A DNA stretch of 64,000 nucleotides from an uncultured Nitrospinota bacterium (GCA_963707985.1 CAVPRW010000016.1:32001-96000), one strand, 5' to 3'. Shown: positions 22,154-32,636, counted from the first letter of the stretch. Notes: generated by a model not told the origin, from the sequence alone. A program made the numbers and translations.

Positions 22154-22759
22154 CTACAGCAGGTAAGGCGAGGTAAATGTGCTATCGACCACCAGCGTCG
22201 CACCGTGAGCATGAGCTAACAGAGCCACTTGCCCGAGGTCGACCACCTTGAGCAATGGGTTCGAGATCGTCTCCACTAGCACGACTTTCGGGCGCAAGTC
22301 GCGCATGGCGGTCTCGACTTGATTGAGGTCCGTCATGTCCACGAGGCGGACATTCACCCCCTGAGGCGTGAAGATCGTCTTCAACAGGGTCGAGGTGGCG
22401 CCATACAAGTCCTGGGCGGCGACCACGGCGACGTCTGAGACCACCTCGAGTGCCAGCAGCGTGGCATGGATGGCTGCCATCCCGGACGCGTAGGCGACCG
22501 CCGTTTCGCCCCCCTCCAGCGTCGCCACCGCGCACTCCAGCGCGGCCACCGTGGGGTTGCCATAACGCGTGTAAACGTAGCCCGAGCGCTCCCCGCCAAA
22601 AATTGCATCCATGGTCTCGAGAGTATCATAGACAAAGGACGCACTCTGGTAGATGGGCGTATTGACCGGTGTAAAATCCGGCTTTGGGGCGCGTTCCCCA
22701 GCATGTACGGCCTGCGTGGCAAACGCCAACGAGGATTCCATGATTGATCCCGATGCCAC
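22154..22759 (-). pseudogene. Truncated trans-sulfuration PLP enzyme (MetB/methionine gamma-lyase family)
   Basis: YTRYGNPT, ASGMAA, ETISNP, VDSTF; stops at 201 aa before the SxTK PLP lysine. Confidence 0.8.
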
Positions 22760-22762
22760 GAG

Positions 22763-23182
22763 TTATCCCGAGAGCCGTGGAGCCTCGCTCCGTACTTTGA
22801 TGAGCAGGGCTTTTCCATCGGCTATCACGGTGCCATCATCGAGTTTGGCGTGCGAGATCACTTCGAAGCGACTGGATACCTCACGCACAACCTCGGCGTG
22901 AAAAGTCACTCGTTCGCCCACACCGACTGGGCGACGTAAGCGTACCTCCAAGCGGGCGGTCACGGCAGTACTACCGCGGAGCCAAACGGTATTCACCATG
23001 CACTCATCGAGAATCGTAGCCAGAATCCCGCCGTGGGCGATGCCAGCGAATCCTTGAAAGCGCTCGGGAATGACGTAGGTAGTTCGCACCCCAGACACCC
23101 CCTCCGGCTCGAACTCGAGGTGGAGGCCGTCAGGGTTGTGTTTACCGCAGACGAAACAGCGCTGATTATCCTGGAAATCCAT
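22763..23182 (-). CDS. PaaI family thioesterase
   Basis: CFVCGKHNPDGL, AHGGILATILDE. Confidence 0.88.
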   Translation of the reverse strand: MDFQDNQRCFVCGKHNPDGLHLEFEPEGVSGVRTTYVIPERFQGFAGIAHGGILATILDECMVNTVWLRGSTAVTARLEVRLRRPVGVGERVTFHAEVVREVSSRFEVISHAKLDDGTVIADGKALLIKVRSEAPRLSG

Positions 23183-23562
23183 TGCATAACTTCTGGAATG
23201 ACCTACACCTGCGACCGTGCCAACGGCCTCGCACGTCGCCGCTAATGCTGGCTTTTCATACACCCTGCCGGCGCTAACTGTCAATCGAATTCCACGACAA
23301 AGACAGCTGCCCATGCCCGCTCCCGCCGGGCACGGCCCTCTGATCCCTCCACCCTGTTTTCGATACCCTAATCATCATCTCACCATAAGATCGAAAGATT
23401 GGCTCATTGGCGATCCAGATCCACGGCTTGTTGGCCTACGTCTGCACAAAGCTGGTCATGTCATCCGCTTCCACCTACAGGCCTTGATTGATACGTGTTG
23501 TAGGTCAACAGTAGCACAGAATCGCCAGGCAAGCATGACATAGACATCACTACTTGACGGCT

Positions 23563-24060
23563 TTAGCGCCGTTCGAACCGGATCGACAGTCCTACCCTGG
23601 GCATTCGGATAAGATGAAATGGTTGTGTCAGCACTTGCGCCACCACGGCATCGGGCGGTGGCATTTGCACCTGATAGATGACGTGCACCTCAGTGTCCCC
23701 CGCTTCCACCTGCACGACTTCGACCTGGTAGCCGGCGGTGGGTTGCTGTCCTAGAAAGATCCCGACGACGAGCTCCGTAGCGAAATCAATCGGAGGGGGA
23801 GGGGGGCCCAGAGGGGCATGTTGCTGCCAGAGCTCCTGCCAGGCCGGCGCGGATTGAATCACGACCTCCTGTGGCGCGACAATGCCGCTCGCCGTCCCCT
23901 GTGCGATGGAGTGGAAGGCGATAGGCGCGTGACCGCTGCCGCCCTTCACCAGGCTGGCCATGCCTAGCCCGAGGGAGAGGGTAGCCGTGTAGCAGGCGCA
24001 GCGCAGTAGCTGCGCGACGATACTCCGTGTAGATGTACGTGCTTCGGTGCTCTTCATCAT
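23563..24060 (-). CDS. PrcB C-terminal domain protein (protease complex subunit family), secreted
   Basis: IDF..ELVVGIFLGQQPTAGYQVEV, QVLTQPFHLI. Confidence 0.8.
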   Translation of the reverse strand: MMKSTEARTSTRSIVAQLLRCACYTATLSLGLGMASLVKGGSGHAPIAFHSIAQGTASGIVAPQEVVIQSAPAWQELWQQHAPLGPPPPPIDFATELVVGIFLGQQPTAGYQVEVVQVEAGDTEVHVIYQVQMPPPDAVVAQVLTQPFHLIRMPRVGLSIRFERR

Positions 24061-24149
24061 GTCACCTCCGCTGGCTATTGACAGTCAGGCACCACAGGTG
24101 TTACACGCTATCCGCGAACACGTCTATATCGCAAGGTGTCATCCGCTGA

Positions 24150-24757
24150 AGCCGACCCTGCACGTTCGATCACTGGCATGACCGGACCCATCACAAGACG
24201 TCCACGTTTGCAGCCAGTCTAGTCGTGTGTCGCTATCTAGCGCGAAAGGAATACCACGGCTCACAAAGGACGTGACACCCGGTGCGTCCATCGAGTTGCA
24301 CGGGGCCGTGCAGACCGAAGCAGTTTCCTGCCGACCTCTACCACATGGCCAACACACAATACAGGCGCTCCAAGGCGTTCGCCGACCGGATCAGCAACGG
24401 CTCCAGCTGGAAGCCATTGGCCTGATCATCCAAGAAATTCTCTTCGATGTCAAAACGCCGTCCATACGCCTCAAACGTCTTTGACTCCGTGGGCTCATCG
24501 CTCACCACGAACCAGGATTCCTTACTGCTTATATGCCGCCCCAGGGCGAGGTATACGGGACCATAGGCCTGCTTGGTCATATAGACATGATGCCAGAAAA
24601 GCGCCTTCCCTGGCGACAAACGAATACGAGTTACTTTAGCACTGACGTTTCCCATCGCGATAGATGCAAAAACTCCCTTTGATACGAATGCGCCAGTACT
24701 AACCCAACTCCGTAAGATGTTTCATCAGATGCGTGTCTGCGAGGCCACGATCCGCAG
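24150..24757 (-). mobile_element. Degraded IS4-superfamily (DDE_Tnp_1) transposase fragment
   Basis: ADRGLAD and YGRRFDIEENF (YxxRxxxE) motifs with in-frame stops and frameshift. Confidence 0.7.
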
Positions 24758-25098
24758 CCACCGGTTGCGGGTGACAAAGTCCGTCTTCATGGGCGCTCAT
24801 CCCACTCCCTCGACATGAAAAAATCCCACACACTGCTGAGCTCGTTCATGTCATTGCCGCTGTTGGCCTCCCAGTTCGCTGTGATGAGAGGGGCTCTGGA
24901 CAGGGACCAACTGCGAGCCCGTCACCGACGGCAATGTGGGCGTCGGCCCCACACCCATGCCAACGTATAGGCCTCAGGAGCGGGGCACACATGGCGTCAG
25001 CTCTGTCCCTCAGGCATCGTCACACGCCAAGCCGCCCTGGGCACGTGTAAGCTCACAGGGCCCGGCCGATCCTTGGATTGGCATCACGGGAGTTCGAC

Positions 25099-25126
25099 TT
25101 GACAGTATGTGGCAAACTGTTATGCT
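25099..25126 (+). promoter_or_regulatory. Sigma70-like promoter TTGACA-N16-TATGCT with overlapping ACAGT-N9-ACTGT palindrome
   Basis: Seen directly upstream of the amidohydrolase operon. Confidence 0.5.
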
Positions 25127-25238
25127 GGCCGCGATGCTGTGGGGGTTCTGCTCACCACGGTCGTAGGGCCGTAGCAGATGGAGGAGACGACACAGTCAGC
25201 CCCCGGTAGACCTGGCGGGCAGGTGAAAGGATCGACCA

Positions 25239-26309
25239 ATGAAGAATGGGTCTTTTGTCCTCGATGCGCACACCGGTGCGTGGGATGCCAGTCCAGAGAA
25301 CACCAAGAATCGCTTCGGCGAAGCCTTCATCGAGACCTTCTACGCCTTCCACAAGGGCCTCAACCCGCCCGACCCCCGCTGGACGATGGACTACGAGACA
25401 CAGTTCCGCAAGGTCGACCCGGACTGGTTTCTCGAGGAAATGTTCGTCAAGGGTGATGCCGATATGGCGATCCTGTCGACCCAGGTGCTGATGGACTTCT
25501 ACCACCAGGGGTTCGTGACGGCCGACAGCAATGCGCGCCTACGTGCCCGCGTCCCGGAGCGGTTGATCTCCCTCGGCGGTATTGACCCGCGGGACCCGCG
25601 GGCCCTCGAGGAGGTCGAGCGCCAGATTCAGGACTGCGAGGTCCAGGGCTTCAAGTGGTACACCGCCGAGTGGCGCGGCCCGTCGCGCGGCTGGAGCGCC
25701 AATGACCCGATGGTCTTCCCCCTGTATGAGAAGTGCCTCGCGCTCGGGGTGAAGAACATGCACTTTCACAAGGGACCGGCCGTCGAGCCGCTGTCGCTGG
25801 CAAAGTTCGACGTTCGCGACATCGACGAGCCCGCCTGGTTGTACCCAGAGCTCAACTTCATCATCGACCACATCGGCCTGCCGCGGCTCGACGACTTCTG
25901 CTGGATCGCCGCGCGCTGCCCGAACGTCTACGGTTCGCTCGCGGTGGCACTGGCGTTCATTCACAACCGCCCGCGCTACTTTGCCGAGATCATGGCCAAC
26001 CTGCTCTTCTGGCTCGGACCGGACCGGATCATCTATGGGACCGACTTTCCGATTTGGTACCCGCATTGGCAGCTCGACGAGTTGATGGCGTTCCAGCTCC
26101 CAGAGGACCTGAAACAGGAGTATGGCGTCGACCTCACCGACGAGGTCAAGCAGAAGATCCTCGGCGGCAATATCGCTCGACTGTATGGCATTGACATCCC
26201 GTCCAAGCTGAAAGCTGTCGAGCACGACGAGTGGTCCCAGCGCAAGCGCGCCTACGAGGCCTCGAAGCCCGCCACCGACACGGGCGTGGCCGGGACGGTG
26301 GCGCGATGA
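25239..26309 (+). CDS. Amidohydrolase_2 family protein (propane monooxygenase cluster accessory type)
   Basis: WDASPEN, KWYTAEW, HFHKGP, HIGLPR, YGTDFPIW, KILGGNIARLY. Confidence 0.88.
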   Translation: MKNGSFVLDAHTGAWDASPENTKNRFGEAFIETFYAFHKGLNPPDPRWTMDYETQFRKVDPDWFLEEMFVKGDADMAILSTQVLMDFYHQGFVTADSNARLRARVPERLISLGGIDPRDPRALEEVERQIQDCEVQGFKWYTAEWRGPSRGWSANDPMVFPLYEKCLALGVKNMHFHKGPAVEPLSLAKFDVRDIDEPAWLYPELNFIIDHIGLPRLDDFCWIAARCPNVYGSLAVALAFIHNRPRYFAEIMANLLFWLGPDRIIYGTDFPIWYPHWQLDELMAFQLPEDLKQEYGVDLTDEVKQKILGGNIARLYGIDIPSKLKAVEHDEWSQRKRAYEASKPATDTGVAGTVAR

Positions 26310-26605
26310 CGATCGACATGGCTGCGGTCCGCGAGGCGGCTGGGTCGGCGCGCGACCCGGAGGTCCGTCGCTCGATTGCCGAGCTGGGTCTGCTCGATGA
26401 CGTGCAGGTCGAGGGGCATCACGTCACCGTTTCTTTCCACCTGACGTCGCCGCTGTGTCCATCCGTCTTCGCGGTCCGCATCGGGCAGGATATCAGACGG
26501 CGAGTGCGAGCGGTGCCTGGCGTGGAATCGTGTGCGGTGGTGCTCCGTGATCACTTCCTGCGCGACACGCTCCAACAGCGCATCAACGCCCGAGGCCACC
26601 GATGA
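26306..26605 (+). CDS. DUF59 / iron-sulfur cluster assembly protein
   Basis: DPE..SIAELG, LTSPLCP motif; ATGA overlap with upstream gene. Confidence 0.85.
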   Translation: MTIDMAAVREAAGSARDPEVRRSIAELGLLDDVQVEGHHVTVSFHLTSPLCPSVFAVRIGQDIRRRVRAVPGVESCAVVLRDHFLRDTLQQRINARGHR

Positions 26606-27459
26606 GCGCCGCAGACGTCCTGGCCGGACGGCGCGAGCGCGCATTGCTCGCGTGGCCATCGGTTCGCCGGATGGCTGAGCTGCTGGCGGCGCGCTGCCGC
26701 GAGCCCTCGTGGGTACGGACATCGGTCGCGAGCCTCGAACGCTTTCGGACGCTGACCGGGCACCACGATCTCGAGGCACTGCTGGAACGGGCACGCACCG
26801 AACCGGCGGCGGCCGAACGTGCCCTCGGCGCCTTTGCCTCGGCCCTCACCGGCGCGACCGCAAGCCAGGTCGCCGGTCTCGCGATGGGGCCCAAGATCTG
26901 GTTCCGGGTGAACAGCGTCATGGTGCCCTGGCGGCCCTTGCCTGGCGTGCCTGCGCCACCACCTTTGACGGGTGCTGAGCCTGCTGCGCTGGACCGCCTC
27001 GTGCTGCTGGCCCTGATCGGGAGTGGCCTGCACCTGGCCGAACTACTCAGGCTGCGAGTCGGCAATGTTGGCTCGCTGGACATGGCTGGGCGCGTTATCC
27101 CAGAGATTGACGCGGAACCCTGGGCGGTGCAGCACACGCCGCGCCGCGGGCGGGCGGGCGAGCGCCTCACCTTCTTAACCTATCAGGCCCGGCAGGTGCT
27201 GCTGGCGGATTTGACCCGGCGTGCCACCGCCGGACAGCCCATTGGTCGTGAGGCCCCGCTGCTGGTCCAGGGCGATGGCTCGGCGGCGACGCGGGCCAGT
27301 GTGGCCCGCGCGCGACGCCTGAACGCGGCACTCATCCGGTCGGCCAACGCCATCAACGTCGAGCTCTGCCGAACCACCGGCGACTTCTTCCGCGCCTGGG
27401 GGCTCCCTGGGTCGCGATTCGTCGGGCCAGAGGAGCTGGACATCGAGGTGTACCCATGA
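26602..27459 (+). CDS. Tyrosine-recombinase-fold protein lacking catalytic residues
   Basis: LLALIGSGLHLAELLRLRVGNV (Box I with R>H), RLTFLTYQARQVL..APLL patch; no HxxR or catalytic Tyr; ATGA-coupled on both sides. Confidence 0.65.
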   Translation: MSAADVLAGRRERALLAWPSVRRMAELLAARCREPSWVRTSVASLERFRTLTGHHDLEALLERARTEPAAAERALGAFASALTGATASQVAGLAMGPKIWFRVNSVMVPWRPLPGVPAPPPLTGAEPAALDRLVLLALIGSGLHLAELLRLRVGNVGSLDMAGRVIPEIDAEPWAVQHTPRRGRAGERLTFLTYQARQVLLADLTRRATAGQPIGREAPLLVQGDGSAATRASVARARRLNAALIRSANAINVELCRTTGDFFRAWGLPGSRFVGPEELDIEVYP

Positions 27460-28482
27460 AAGCTGTCCGCCTGCACCGATACGACGAGCGTCCGGTGGTC
27501 GACGAGGTACCCGAGCCAACGCTCACCGGTCCGCATGACGTCATTGTGCGGATAGGTGGGGCCGGCCTCTGCCGCACGGACCTGCACATCATCGAAGGGC
27601 AGTGGCAGGAGAAGACCGGCATCACCCTTCCATATACCTTAGGTCATGAGAACGCCGGCTGGGTCCACGCCGTGGGATTCCGCGGTAGACCATGTCGCCG
27701 TGGGCGAGACAGTGATCGTCCACCCGCTCATCACCTGTGGTGTCTGCCGCGCCTGCCGAGCCGGCGATGATATGCATTGCGTGCGATCGGCTTTTCCCGG
27801 TATCTCGATCGATGGCGGTTTCGCCGAGTTCCTGAAGACCGGCGCACGGGCCGTGGTCAGGCTAGACCCCAGCCTGGCCCCCAAGGACGTCGCGGCGCTC
27901 GCCGACGCTGGTCTGACCGCCTATCACGCCGTCAAGAAGGCAGCGCCCCGGCTGTATCCGGGGTCAAGAGCCGTCGTCATCGGTGCTGGCGGACTGGGCC
28001 ACATTGGGATTCAGTGTCTCAAAGCGCTGACGCCCGCCGAGATCATCGTCGTCGATCGCTCCCAGGCGGCTCTCGATCTGGCGCGCACCTGGGGGGCAGA
28101 TCATACGGTTCTGGTCGATGGCACCCAGGTGTCACAGGTCAAGGAGCTGACGGATGGACGCGGGGCCGAGGCGGTGATCGACTTTGTGGGTGAGGGGGGC
28201 GCGATCGAGGATGGTCTCGCGCTGCTGCGCCGCGCTGGCAGCTACTATAGCATCGGCTACGGCGGCACACTCGTCGTCCCCACGATCGATATCATCGCGA
28301 CCGAGGTCAGCTTCGTCGGCAATCTGGTCGGCACCTACAACGACTTGGTCGAGCTGATGACGCTAGCCGCCCAAGGCAAAGTCGCCCTGCATACGGCCAC
28401 CTATGCGCTTGAGGCCGTGAACGATGCGATCAGCGATCTTGAAAGCGGTCGCCTACGAGGCCGGGGGATCCTCATCCCCTGA
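27456..28482 (+). CDS. Zn-dependent NAD(P) alcohol dehydrogenase; +1 frameshift near 27677
   Basis: [28 protein letters not shown]; split across ORFs 27456-27770 and 27646-28482. Confidence 0.88.
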
Positions 28483-28562
28483 GGCGTGTCAACCCGTCCT
28501 TCCAAGCTGTTTCACCACGCAGGGAGCTTCTAGCTCACTCGAACTGGCCGCCTGCACGCATA

Positions 28563-28691
28563 GGGCTGATCAGCGGGGGTCACGTGCCCATGCCGGGTGA
28601 GGTGTCGCTGACCCACCATGGTGTGCTCTTTCTGGATGAACTCCCTGAGTTCCGCCGCCATGTCCTGGAGGTTTTGCGGCAACCGCTGGAG
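28563..28691 (+). pseudogene. comM/YifB (Mg-chelatase-like ATPase) internal fragment 1
   Basis: Manual translation [43 protein letters not shown]. Confidence 0.8.
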
Positions 28692-28747
28692 CAATACTTC
28701 GGACAGTAAACAGAAATTCATCAGAGATGGAATGTAAAATTGTGCCC

Positions 28748-28822
28748 ATCTCGCTGTTGGCCCAACACGGCATGCGCTTCATAGATGAACTACCGAAGTT
28801 CCGACGCCATGTCGTGGAAGCG
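28748..28822 (+). pseudogene. comM/YifB internal fragment 2 (more degraded)
   Basis: ISLLAQHGMRFIDELPKFRRHVVE. Confidence 0.6.
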
Positions 28823-28902
28823 TTCTACCACATGCTTCAAACTCTCTCTGGCACTCACTACCCTTCAGATCTGGATGCGATAGTGATGAAGGAGGTACAG
28901 TC

Positions 28903-30852
28903 ATGTTGTTCAGGCATAGAGTCCGGTCAGGCTCCGTGCGTTGCTATCTATTGTTTGCAGTGGATGGCACCTTTCAACCCGTCCAAGTAGCCGACAGTGC
29001 TCGTCAACTCATCCAGGCAGCCTCGAATCTAGCCCAAGGGTGGACTGGTGAGCCAGTGGAAACGTTGGCCGTCAATGCCCAGACACGACATCTTTGGCGA
29101 TGGCACGATGGTACGCCCTTCCCCCTTTCCCGCCTAGCAGAGGCTGGCATTCATCTCTTCATGAATACGGCTTTCCTACTCTCAGATCCGCCGCCCATTG
29201 AAGCCTTGATTCAGCGGGCGCTGGCGCAAAACGTCGCATGGTGTGGCACTCAGAGCGACCACGATACACATGCGTTGGCGTTTACGGTCAGATGGTTGGG
29301 GGGCCGCTTAGGGTCTCGACGGCTATGGCAGGCCCTAACATATCTCACGGCTTGTATTGATGACGACCTTGAAGAGGAGTGGAGCACCCTCACGAAGAGC
29401 CCCTTTATCGCCGTGAGGCCATCGGGCGTCGAGAATTCTCCTGCCATGCGCCAGGTGAGGGATGCCACGTGTAGACGTCGGGCTGATTCGCCGCGATTTT
29501 TGAACACTGCATTCAAGGAGGTCGTTTCTAAACCGCAGAGTCGTGCCCCCATCGGAAGCGATCCAAGCCGTATGGCCGAGGCGCTGACCATACAACGTGA
29601 GGCGTCACAGGTCCCCTGGGTCTTCAACACGCTGCTCAACGATATCGAGTATCGATTGGGGACGATACTACCCAGGAGTTTCCCGCCGGAGGTTCACTTA
29701 TCGATGACGGGGCGTTGTAACATCGAGTGTCGCTTCTGCGGCTACACACACGATGTCGGACGATCGAAGTTCGTGGAGCCTTTACAGGTGGCGAGGATGG
29801 ATTTCCTCCGTCATGCGCAGACATTGCGGCTGAACAGCGGGCTGGGAGAACCGACCCTCAACAAGGACCTCCCGGCCATCATTACCTATGTCGCCGCGCA
29901 GTATCCTCACCTGGGGATGAATTTTTTCACCAATGGCCTAGCTCTGCATCGCCCCAGCGTCATCGACGCGATGGTTGGGAATGTGCGCTGGATCAATGTC
30001 TCATTGAATGCGGCGACTCGAGAATCCTGGAAAGAGGTGTGTAAAAGCGACCAGTTCGAACGAGTCTGCGGTAACCTGCGTACGCTGCATGAAGTAAAGC
30101 GAGCGCGGCGCTCGCTCTGGCCGCTGGTGTGTGGATCGATGGTCCTGACCCGGGCTAGTCTGAACGACCTGCCGCACATGCCAGCGCTGTGTCGTGAGTT
30201 GGGGATCGATCGCTTCACGTCCTTCCCGTATTTTGGACTGGGCTATCAGCATCCTGAAAAATACCAGGCAGAGATGACCCTGGCCACCTGCCGCGACCAG
30301 TACGACGAGCTGTATTTGGAAACGGTGCGCGAGGCCGAGGCCCACCACGTGTCTCTCGAAATCCCCTCTCCGAGCGATCAGGTGCGGATTGCCTTCGGCT
30401 TAGAAGTGCGAGCGTTCTACGATTTCGCGCGCATTGAGACCAACGAGTGGACGCTGGGGCGCTTTCTGAATGGGCTGCAGTTCGACAAACCCGTCGGGGA
30501 ACATTGCCATTTTCTGTGGCGGCAAGGCGCCATCGGAAGTACGAACAATGCGGGTCATACAACAGATGAAACGCATTATATGTATCCCTGTCTGGGACCG
30601 CTCTCCGCTGTCGACCTCTCCCGTACAACCCCCTTTCGCTTTCCCGATTCGAAAGGCTTTATGGCGCTGTGGCAAGGGCGATTGTTCTCGCATCTGCGCC
30701 AGGCTCAACATCGACAAGGTGTGTGTGAGGTCTGTGATGTCTGCCGGCAGAATGATACGCGTGATCCCAAAGAGTTTGCTCGCCTGGAAAATCTTGTTGG
30801 CCGGTTTTCCGAGCAGTTTAGCGAGATCGCAGGTGAAGGTCAGGGGAGCTAG
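28903..30852 (+). CDS. Radical SAM protein with long N-terminal extension and Cys-rich (SPASM-like) C-terminus
   Basis: CNIECRFC, GLGEP, FTNG, NVSLNA; C-terminal CHF..YPC..CEVCDVC. Confidence 0.85.
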   Translation: MLFRHRVRSGSVRCYLLFAVDGTFQPVQVADSARQLIQAASNLAQGWTGEPVETLAVNAQTRHLWRWHDGTPFPLSRLAEAGIHLFMNTAFLLSDPPPIEALIQRALAQNVAWCGTQSDHDTHALAFTVRWLGGRLGSRRLWQALTYLTACIDDDLEEEWSTLTKSPFIAVRPSGVENSPAMRQVRDATCRRRADSPRFLNTAFKEVVSKPQSRAPIGSDPSRMAEALTIQREASQVPWVFNTLLNDIEYRLGTILPRSFPPEVHLSMTGRCNIECRFCGYTHDVGRSKFVEPLQVARMDFLRHAQTLRLNSGLGEPTLNKDLPAIITYVAAQYPHLGMNFFTNGLALHRPSVIDAMVGNVRWINVSLNAATRESWKEVCKSDQFERVCGNLRTLHEVKRARRSLWPLVCGSMVLTRASLNDLPHMPALCRELGIDRFTSFPYFGLGYQHPEKYQAEMTLATCRDQYDELYLETVREAEAHHVSLEIPSPSDQVRIAFGLEVRAFYDFARIETNEWTLGRFLNGLQFDKPVGEHCHFLWRQGAIGSTNNAGHTTDETHYMYPCLGPLSAVDLSRTTPFRFPDSKGFMALWQGRLFSHLRQAQHRQGVCEVCDVCRQNDTRDPKEFARLENLVGRFSEQFSEIAGEGQGS

Positions 30853-30885
30853 GTGGAGTATGGGTTAGGGCGAGCAGCCCTGTGG

Positions 30886-32616
30886 CTACAGTAAGGGGAT
30901 CTCCAAATATCGATGGAAGGCATCTTCGCGCTCGGCCAGGCCCACTCGTTCGAGGGCCAGACCAAACGCTTCAAGCGTAGCTTGCAGGACATGATCGCTA
31001 TGCGCGTAGCTCGGGAGCATGACACCGTTATAGGTAATCACACCTGCCTTGAACAGTTCTTGCTGACACAGCGTCCGTTTCAGCCGGAGACGCTCCGCAT
31101 CAGGCTCATTGAAGGATAGTGCCATACGGAATGGCGGCCCTACACACGCGGCAGCGATGCCCAATTGCTGGCACAGGCGGTTAATTCCCTGCTGGAGCCT
31201 AGCGCCATAGTCCCATACGTACTCCGCCACCGGTTCATTGCGATAAATGTGCATGGCGGCTTTAGCTGCGGCGAATGAATAGATCTCCCCGCGAAAGGTA
31301 GGACCATAGTGGGTATTGTGCATACTTCGTTGAAAGATATGCGCACGCCCAACTAAAGCCGAAAGTGGCATGCCAGCGCTGAGCGCCTTGCCTAAGCAGG
31401 TCAGATCAGGGATCACTCCGGTCGCCCGTTGCACGCTGCTGGAAGGATAGCGGTAGCCGGTGATGATTTCATCGTAGATCAATAACGCCCCTGCCTCCTT
31501 GGCAGCTTGCGCAATCGCTGCCAGGAAATCCCGATCTGCATCTTGGACGGGCCCCTGGATGCTCTCACCAGGGCCAGACGGCTCCAACATCACTGCTGCC
31601 AAATCGTCCCGATGCTGCTGATAGAGTCGCACAAAATCACCTAAGTTGTTGAACTTGAAGTGATGGATCAAGCGCTCCGGGCGGTCGGGCACGCCGCTAG
31701 CGGCGAAACCCGCCTGCTCAGCCCAGAAATCTTGCCAGCCGTGATAGCCGCTATAGAGAATGGTTTTCTTGCCGGTAAACACCCGCGCCAGGCGGGCCGC
31801 CACCGTGCAGACGTCGGAGCCATTCTTACCGAACACGACCATCTCAGCACAGGGAATATCCTCGGTGAGCATGTGAGCCACTTCGATTTCGAGGGGATGA
31901 GGGAACGGTACCACCGCCGCCGAGTCTAGCACCTCCCGGATAGCTTTCTGGACGCGCTCATCGGCATAGCCCAGCAAGGCACACCCCCAGCCCATGATGT
32001 AGTCGATATACTGGCGCCCTTCCAGATCCCACAGATAGCAGCCCTTGGCCCTCGAGATGAAGAGCGGGAATAGCCGACCATCAAGACTGCGACCGACACC
32101 CTGGGTCGGTTGGTAATACCAGGGGGAGATGCGGGCGGCCTGCTCGTAAAGCCTGGCGCTATGGCTCACTGGGGCTGGTTCGACGACAAGTGTCCACCTC
32201 AACGGGTCCACGCCTTGATCCGTAAAGCAAGTGACCTGTTGTTCCACTAACTCCAGCTGAAGTTCGTGGACACCCTCTCCACACAGCAGGCGGAGAGGGA
32301 AATGGACCGTGACGCGTTCACCAGGGTGCACTTCAGCCCGAGGCATGAAATGTGTTGCCAAGAGCGTTCCATCACATCTGATGACTAAATCGACCCGCTT
32401 TCCCTCTAGATGGTGGAGCCGCCACGGGTAATTGCCACGGTTCTCTAGGCACACCCACGCTCCCACGATGGTATTGGCCGGTAAGCGTTCAGGAATGTTG
32501 TGGCCATGATAGTAAACGCCATAGTTCTGTAACATCTTTGACACGGGCACATCTTCTGGTAAGGGCAGTGACACGATCGGATGTAGATTGATTTTTTTGC
32601 GAAAGGGCCAGCGCAT
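30886..32616 (-). CDS. Class III aminotransferase (GSA-aminomutase-like) with N-terminal Ig-like domain
   Basis: KNGSD, YHGW, DEIITGYR, DLTCLGKALSAGMP; N-terminal ENRGNYPW..VHPGE. Confidence 0.88.
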   Translation of the reverse strand: MRWPFRKKINLHPIVSLPLPEDVPVSKMLQNYGVYYHGHNIPERLPANTIVGAWVCLENRGNYPWRLHHLEGKRVDLVIRCDGTLLATHFMPRAEVHPGERVTVHFPLRLLCGEGVHELQLELVEQQVTCFTDQGVDPLRWTLVVEPAPVSHSARLYEQAARISPWYYQPTQGVGRSLDGRLFPLFISRAKGCYLWDLEGRQYIDYIMGWGCALLGYADERVQKAIREVLDSAAVVPFPHPLEIEVAHMLTEDIPCAEMVVFGKNGSDVCTVAARLARVFTGKKTILYSGYHGWQDFWAEQAGFAASGVPDRPERLIHHFKFNNLGDFVRLYQQHRDDLAAVMLEPSGPGESIQGPVQDADRDFLAAIAQAAKEAGALLIYDEIITGYRYPSSSVQRATGVIPDLTCLGKALSAGMPLSALVGRAHIFQRSMHNTHYGPTFRGEIYSFAAAKAAMHIYRNEPVAEYVWDYGARLQQGINRLCQQLGIAAACVGPPFRMALSFNEPDAERLRLKRTLCQQELFKAGVITYNGVMLPSYAHSDHVLQATLEAFGLALERVGLAEREDAFHRYLEIPLL

Positions 32617-32636
32617 TCCAGGCCTCTGATCTCCCT

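Noticed and set aside
22154..22156. TAG read-through in the MetB-like gene
   Set aside because: Downstream sequence does not resume homology (no SxTK motif).
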